From NCBI RefSeq assembly GCF_000981445.1, contig NC_027219.1:744001-808000 (forward strand): a stretch of DNA of 64,000 bases, read 5' to 3'. Of the stretch, positions 56,853-64,000 are shown piece after piece. The position numbers and the translations under genes were made by a program. The DNA comes from Babesia bigemina. Taxonomy: Eukaryota. The notes under the pieces were generated by a model that did not search any database, was not told where the DNA came from, and saw only the letters and a list, made by a program, of their open reading frames with translations. Each line of letters starts with the position of its first letter. Position 1 is the first letter of the stretch.

Positions 56853-58068
56853 CCTAGGTGACACCGCTTAATACAGCAAGGCAGACAACTAAGTGTCCTG
56901 AGTGAAAGGGCTATGAAGTAAGGCGCTGAATAACACCTATACGCATCATGCTAACTCAATGACACACGTAAACCATCATCCTAAATCCATGAACCATCAC
57001 ACGAATCCTATAGACATGCCACTCACCTGAGGAGGGAGGGCGACAGGCCTAGGCAGCTGTGCTGGAGTGAGGGGGTGGAGCGTGGTGGGACGATGGTGTT
57101 ATTCACGCCGATTATAGGTATTAGACGACGTAGGTATCCTACCCTCGTAAGGTGACTCCTCAGAGCTCTGCTCTTCAGTGCTTCGTGAACATCCAGGCAA
57201 CCAGCACCCAAGATAAACGCAGGGACGGCACGACTACATGATTTGCAGTGTCGAACTATGTGAACCATTACTACCAGTCTCATGCGAAAGAAGCATTGAT
57301 GACGTCACGATGGCCACGCTTAATCACGCATTCTTATACTAATCCTCACGTTACAACCCTGGTGAGGTGTGACACCTTATTGAGCTGAGGGTTGCCCAGA
57401 CTTGTTAACCCTCTTTATTTATTAATCAAATTCCTAAATATTAATCCGCTTCATTATGTTTGAATTCACAATACGTGGCGCTGGACTGTTTTATGGCATC
57501 CATCCCGTTAGGTTGTGAGTTGTCTGAGTTGGGTGGCACCTACACAGTCACAGTTCACATTTACCAATGTGACGTACTGCAACATTACACAACATCTCAT
57601 AGAGTCTATCGTGAGCACATGACGATGAGTTACGGCACTAGGCGTCTGTTTCGCAACCCATTGTTCGATACGGCCAAATACCGAATGGTGGTCGCTCATC
57701 AACATCGGTGAAATAAGTGTCGTCCATCGCTAATCACCAGGTATTACTCATTGCTACGTATTAGGGGCGTTGTCAGTGCTTGGAAGTGTGACCATACGTG
57801 GAAATGGTGGCAGCCCACCTTCCCAGTTTATACAGGAGAAAATGTATGACGAAGAAATGAGACGTATTTCCATTTCAATATATTAACCAGGCATTATGTT
57901 TTACACAGAAGTTATAATGACTAAAAAATGCTATTGGATTTGCAACTACAGTAATTCCAACAAAAACCTATGATGCCACTGGAGACACAAACCAACATAA
58001 CGACCAACATGCACTATGACAATTAAAGTGGCTATTTGCCAAACAAGTTATCACACCATAGTTACCAA

Positions 58069-58475
58069 TTACTTGGCGTAGTAGTTTTCAACCTGGATGG
58101 TGGAGAGGACGATGCCTTTGACGGTGACGCAGCGGCATTCAAGTGGCGGCGACTGGCGCAGCTTTTCCCCAGGTCCAATGAGTTCACTGTCGAACCGCAA
58201 GGTAACGAAGTGCTTAGTTCGAGAAGCAACCAAAGACTGGCTGATGTTGCTGAGGTTCTTCACTTCACCGTTCACCGAGACTTGGTAGAAGCAACCGGGT
58301 GGGTCCAGGACGTACGGTACTGGGCAGTAGAAAGCCGCTTTGCGTGCGAATTGAAGGTCTATTTCGCATCCGCACTTACGTTATCCGTTAGCGTCGTAGA
58401 GTTTAGGTGTCTCAGGCTTCAACAACTCATCCGATGAGGACGTAACACCGCAGCCTTGCATGTAGGGGTCTGTGA
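58069..58475 (-). pseudogene. C-terminal relic of a Babesia Cys-rich multigene family (6-Cys/s48-45-like fold suspected)
   Basis: TDPYMQGCGVTSSSDELLKPETPKLYDANG*RKCGCEIDL…AAFYCPVPYVLDPPGCF…PPLECRCVTVKGIVLSTIQVENYYAK*. In-frame TAA at 58381-58383 and no intact upstream ORF. Confidence 0.72.
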
Positions 58476-59510
58476 TCACTACAGCAACTGGATGGCGCAG
58501 ATCACGCATCTCACACCTACAGTATGATGCGGTATTCCGATGATATCACACCCGACCCAATCCAGACAGCCGCATCGCACAGTGTGCACTCTGAAGCGAA
58601 GATTAATTTCGCCGCAGACCAGGTATAGCCAGTAACATTACACAAATTGCACAATGCCTTTTTACATGTTCATTTAGTGTTGCAGTGACTTAGTTGCCAT
58701 TCAACGGTGTAGGCCAATGGTAACACAGGAGTGACACCCAGTTGGCAAATTGGGGATGTAGGGTCATCCGCCGGGTGAGTGGCTGGTTAGATGAGGTGAA
58801 TCGGTGTCTAAATGTGACACCCTATAAATATTGGACCTTGTCTGGGTGAACGACGCAGTAAAGGGCATCTGTGCTTAGCATTGTAGTGATCCTTAGAGTC
58901 GTGACCCCGTACCACACCCCAACTACCACCACGTGAGGCCACCGCAGAAGTGGTTACCTAGTTACTTGTAACCCCTAAAGGGTTGCAGCGCGAGTGGGCA
59001 CAATGCCAGTCTGGGTGGAGTGTACGCATTCTTTGTGCCGCGAGGATAAGCCAGTGTAGTTTGTTTCAATTTATGCTGGCAACATACCTTTTCAATAGAC
59101 GTTTTACCTACGAATGTAAACTCCGTTTAGGAACTGCGAATTTCGAAATCGCTCTTAAGAGAGCGCAGCCTGAAGGTAGTCTGATTGTGTATCTCTACCT
59201 GAAGACGGTACTATGAGGTTCAGGTGCACTGCTAATTTTGGTCCGCCGCACTGCTTTTGAATCCGTCACGTGCAAGATGCAGCTTGTTATAACGACTGTT
59301 GGCATCCTTCGGTGTATAAATTCCACCCTTGAATCATACTTTGCACATGAACTATGTAAGCAATATTTGCTCACTAGTGGGCGTAAGAAAAGCCATTTAT
59401 TCTGTTATAGTAAGTGCAGTAACAAGATGCTTAAACCTCAAGACAATGCTAACGACGCTAAACCTCAGAACAATGTTAACCAAAATGATAATTTGAGAGC
59501 TATGCAGAGA

Positions 59511-60262
59511 ATGGTGTACCATTCGCTGACCGATGTCCCTCGTAACCTCAAGGAGTGCCTTGACTGGCTGATAGCTGTCAAGGGAACTTCCAAGTTTAAC
59601 ACGCAGGCTTTAGGTTACGCACTTTACAATTTCCTAGTAGACAAGCCTGTCGGTACGACGTATGTACCATCTGTCGAAAAAGTCAAACGCCTTTCGAGGG
59701 AGTTCATGCAGAAAAAGGAATTTAAGGACTTGCCGGCAGTTGGAGACCTGCTGCGTAGATTCACGGAACGTATGAATAAAACCGACTTTGTGGATATCAA
59801 GCGCTTTTTTGCGCTCCACGAAAGTGATTATGAAAACATCGTAAAGGTCAATGGTGTCACACCTGACAGCATCGCAAAGGATGTAGATAAAATTGCGGAT
59901 GGCTGTGAGCAGTTCCTGAATGAGATTAAAACCCCTGGCCAGTACGAGTCCGCTTACAGTTCAGAAGCGACGTGGGAGGCCTCGTGCTCGAAGAGGCCGG
60001 AAGACTGTGCAGCAGTCCTCGTGGGGATTGCGCCAATGTTGTACGCAGGTTTACATTCTTTGCAGTTGGCAACCCTTTATGAATGTTTTTGAAGGTTAGA
60101 TACTGAAACGGCTAAACATATGCCAGATGTGATGAGAGTTCCGGTTTACGTTGAGCGGTTGTGCCTTGCTGGCATCTAGGCTTTCGATGCCCTCAAGGCG
60201 TTGGATATTTTAATGAACACATAGTCACCAAAACTTTAATCTTTGCCGATTTGCGGTTTTAG
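59511..60262 (+). pseudogene. ves-family-related paralogue of 49409-50929, truncated or pseudogenised
   Basis: MVYHSLTDVPRNLKECLDWL…YESAYSSEATW…GIAPMLYAGL, then TGA at 60090-60092 and further stops before the GFWAFY end seen in the paralogue. Confidence 0.75.
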
Positions 60263-61324
60263 CGTTGCGTGGGTTGTGCATATGAGGTCAAAAGGACTTC
60301 AACAAAATGTGATTATGCGTACCGTTTACCAGTGCGCTGCAAAACATTTTCATTCTTGACATGCTAGTGGAGGCGGTTTCGTGTACACGCGCTTTACCCG
60401 CCAAACGTTTGCCGTAGATTGAGTATCAACAAAGTTATGAACATCTATTTAGTCTCGTGCATGGAGTACTCTGGCGCGTTCTTGTACCAACACCACACGC
60501 ATCACTGTCCGTAAACCATACACATAGTGTGGCGACTCTCAGTCGAAGAATCACGCTGTGCACTTTTTCATACCTCCTCAGGAGTGTTAGAGATCGTTGA
60601 TACCGACGCATAGTTCGGTGGTGCCAGCGCATTACAGCGTTAAGAGAGATATTATCATACAGCGTAAATAAACTGTTTATGTGACACTCTACGCACGTAG
60701 CCTTTCGTCTGAGTGCCAGTGTTATCGCATCAGTTTCAGCAGCATTTCACTGGCACATTTAGGTGCTGCCTTGCTGGAGAATGGATCAAATGGGCCGCGC
60801 TTTTCGGAGGACTCAGCAATCTAAGACGTTTCGCCCGATTCATGGCCAACTTGTTGGTCGCAGTTTAAGACTACTGACGTGGCCTTCCATCTTCGCATCT
60901 ATCACTACGGCCGCGGAAGGTCGCACACACTAATAGTCGAGGGCGACGTTGCCGTCCCCCGTTGTGTGTGCACAAATTCCGCAATATTAATTGTGCATGT
61001 GCGATTGAACAGGCATTGAAAAGTTGAAGAATCTCTCGTTGGATTTGTGGATTCGTGGTCAGCGACATTCCTCCCCCTGACCTGTTGGGAGCGGTCTGCG
61101 GCGAGGTAAAGCATGTATTTGCGCGATGAAGGTAGCAATTAACACACGCCGTCCAATGTGCGAATTACTATTTGCGGACCACCTGCTTGCCGCGTGGTTT
61201 ATCGATTACACATAATTTGCCATTTTGGCTTGCATGTGTCGATTCCAAGTCGAATATAATGATAGCTTTTACTAGTTGATTAATACACATTGTTTATGAG
61301 GACCACCGAAGCATCTTCGTAACA

Positions 61325-62796
61325 ATGTCTGCAGAAAAAACTGCAGCATCGAAACCAACGGTGGAATATGAAGGCTTCGCAAGGTTCCTCTATAATCTGG
61401 TGTCGTTTATGCAAGGCTACGACCAGCAGATTTTGTCTATGTGTATGCGAGCATTCGAGGCGACGTTGGGTTTTTCGCAGTCCCAGTTGTCAACTATGGC
61501 AACGGTTTCTAAAATGTCACGTTTGGGGTGTTGCCTAATTTGGGGTATTTTGGCAGACACGTCCCAACCACATCATCTGCTCGCTGCAGGATTGTTGGTT
61601 CTCGGAATGGCCTCTATTCTTGTAAGCTTGGTTTCACATTACAAAGCGGTAAGTGGCCGTATGTGGCACTTATAATGGACCCTCAGATTCTGCTATTGCG
61701 CTTCTTGCACGGCTTTGGATTCGCATCCATCTACCCTGTTCATCAGAAAATTGTTGCAACCATGAAAAACAGCGGGAATTCGAGCCTGATTTTCGGTATA
61801 TTGCAAGGGTTGAGCAGTTTGGGGCGTGTGTTTTGCGCTATGGTCACTACGTTGGTTGCTCAGAAGGTTTTGCTCGGATATATTGGGTGGCGCACCTCTT
61901 ACGTTGTCTTGGGCTACGTATGGATTCTGATGGCCATTGCCATTTTATTCGGAATGCAAGGTAGACCAAACAAAGATGCTGATGGTGGCAGCAGTTCCAC
62001 ATCTTCGACTATTTCTCCCACACCGCCGAGTGATTCTCCCAAATCGCCCACCAGTTCTAGTGAACTTATCGCAAGGGTATTTAGTGAAGTTCTTACGAAG
62101 CCTACACCTCTTATTCTTATTGTTACCGTGTTCATCTCTGAGTCGCTGATGTGCGCATTTTCGTATATGAGCATTTATCTGCAATACACGGGAGTATCTA
62201 AGGTAATGTCGGGATTCGCAGTCTCAGTTACACTCATCGGCGCTGCTGTAGGTGCTGGATGTGGCGGTTTGGTTGTGAAAACCATTGGGGAATCGTACGA
62301 GGATTACGGCATTCTTAGTTGTGGAACCGTTGTGATGGTCGTACGATATGTTGCGTGTTTGTTGTTCTTTTTAGGCCCGAAGCCAAACGGGCGTTTGCTT
62401 TGGTATCATTATGCGGAGTTGGTAGCTCTTGGGACTACTCTTTTGACTATTGGCGCTGTAGACAGGACACTTGTAAAGAATTCGATAGAACCTGATCTTC
62501 AAGCCACCGCATCCGCTACTATTCGAACCATAGCAGGCATTGGGAGTAGTGTAATTTTATACCAAGTTTCTGCGTATTTGTCTGAGAAAGTGTTCGGCTA
62601 CGTTCCATCCAAAGCGTCTTTTGAAACCATGGATGCCGTTATTAAAGAAACGAATGCCAATGCATTACGGAAATCAATGATGTACATTATTGCAACAGGC
62701 GCGACAATCAATCTTGTTTGCTACGCTGCGTTGTTTTTCACGTACCCGAGCGAAAAAGTTAAACCCAAAGAAGCGGAAAATAAACAAGCAACATAA
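61325..62796 (+). CDS. Major facilitator superfamily transporter; intron 61649-61686
   Basis: GYDQQIL, IWGILAD, LRFLHGFG, GWRTSY and about 12 hydrophobic segments. Confidence 0.9.
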
Positions 62797-64000
62797 GACG
62801 GCCTTGGTATAATGGAAATTAGGCATTTTAATTATCGGACTTACGTGCGAGTAGACGATTTGCGATATCTCGCATATCGTTGCTGCTTCTAGATACAAGA
62901 TGGATGTGTCGAGCGTATGTTTGACTACCACCTTGGCAGATTGCGCCCTCTTGTTTAAATGGTGGTGGAAAACATCTTAGTGTGACAAGAAAGTCACAGG
63001 AGGTGTTGCCTTGTTAAGGGGCGGCACAAAAGCATATTTGTAATAGGCTGAACGAAAAATGTAGGCAATTCTAAAAATGGATAGACTAACATTTAGGGCA
63101 AACAGAAAGATCTGTCATGTAACCAGCAAAACACGGGGATAATATCCTCCAATGTGTATGCCTTCAACAGCTGGCATCAACACCAAGGCGGAAGTAGACA
63201 ACGCTGCTGTGCATGAAGAAGCACTCAACTTGGCAGGCGGTGCAGAACGGCAATATTACGGACGTGTAACCGGAGTTCGTGGCCTGGCATTTGCTGAGCT
63301 CGTCGGTTACTATTCACGAGTCCGTCGCGTTCATAAGTCCCGTAATGGGCCGCCCATCTCTACATGCACACCTATCGCATACACTCAGCGAGGTGCTGAA
63401 GCAGAGCTTCTAATGGCGCTAGTTTGTTTACGCAAAGCGGTTATAGCATGGTGTGACGTTTGTTGGTCACGTGATGCACATTGATGGAAACGTTGCGAAG
63501 CTCGTCGAGGGCAGCTTGGTAGCGTCAGATGTGGCGGCTTGTAGACGAAACATCTCATATATCTAATGTAAATATAGTTGCATTCCTTCTACTCATCCTT
63601 AGCGAAACTAAGCTTCGCCGCATGTCCGGCATTTGTTGGTAAATGACTGGGTGTATTGTTTAGGGGTGCAACGTAATGTGTATATAACGTTTCCACAGTG
63701 TATAACGGTAGTGTTGTGGTCCATGTGTGCTCTATGGCGCGTATTGTCATTCAACGCGGTTTGCAAGCAATGCGTCTTCCGACATATGCAACCGTATACG
63801 ATACTTAAAATTGATGTACCTGTTCTTATGCATCTGTGACGCTCTACTGAGCGCATTTGATTAAAAACCAATTTGTGATAGACTGTGGTATATTTATACA
63901 GCAAAATGGCACGAGTGGCGCCGGCATCTGCACGGGCAGCTTCGACTGAAAATGAGCTTCCAACACTCATGTATACTGTCTGGAGACGAACACTGTATCA

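Noticed and set aside
57023..57283. Short ORF with LDV…LRSHL resembling a VESA cytoplasmic tail
   Set aside because: The similarity is too short and no convincing TM segment precedes it.
58968..58988. Telomere-like CCCTAAA/GGGTT hairpin
   Set aside because: A single unit with no tandem array; consistent with chance.
63152..63970. Short ORFs at the window end
   Set aside because: No recognisable motifs or consistent exon structure.

Overview
Eukaryotic nuclear DNA from a piroplasmid apicomplexan, very likely Babesia. The B. caballi/B. bigemina lineage is my inference from the ves-like gene starts. Other evidence: an ApiAP2 factor, PhIL1, RAP-type proteins, apicoplast-targeted rpL33 and NFU, a 12D3-like antigen, and many GT-AG micro-introns of about 30-45 nt. 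Positions 1-49,030 are a very compact, GC-rich housekeeping block: Ufd4/TRIP12-like HECT ligase (5' partial), hypothetical gene, NSUN2, PhIL1, VPS50, OPRT, importin beta, an apicomplexan ATP-synthase subunit hidden in micro-exons, JmjC demethylase, ApiAP2, ACBP, rpL33, COQ8, PP2C, two RAP/helical-repeat proteins, NFU, CTR9, a MATH-like protein, TVP23, 12D3-like antigen, DBP5, a YqeH/NOA1 GTPase and OPA3. From about 49.1 kb there is an AT-richer variant-antigen island: a short ves-like gene with acidic repeats and a basic tail, a 1694-aa ves-like ORF lacking the usual C-terminal anchor, a relic of a Cys-rich multigene family, a ves-like pseudogene, and then an MFS transporter. I found no rRNA, tRNA, CRISPR array or recognisable mobile element. 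The best leads are a highly structured long intron in OPRT, overlapping convergent coding ends, a candidate hidden micro-exon gene at about 36.2-36.9 kb, a repeat-extended DBP5, and the architecture of the ves island. Exon models were built by hand and family calls come from recalled motifs, not database searches. I cannot confirm a novel system from sequence alone.
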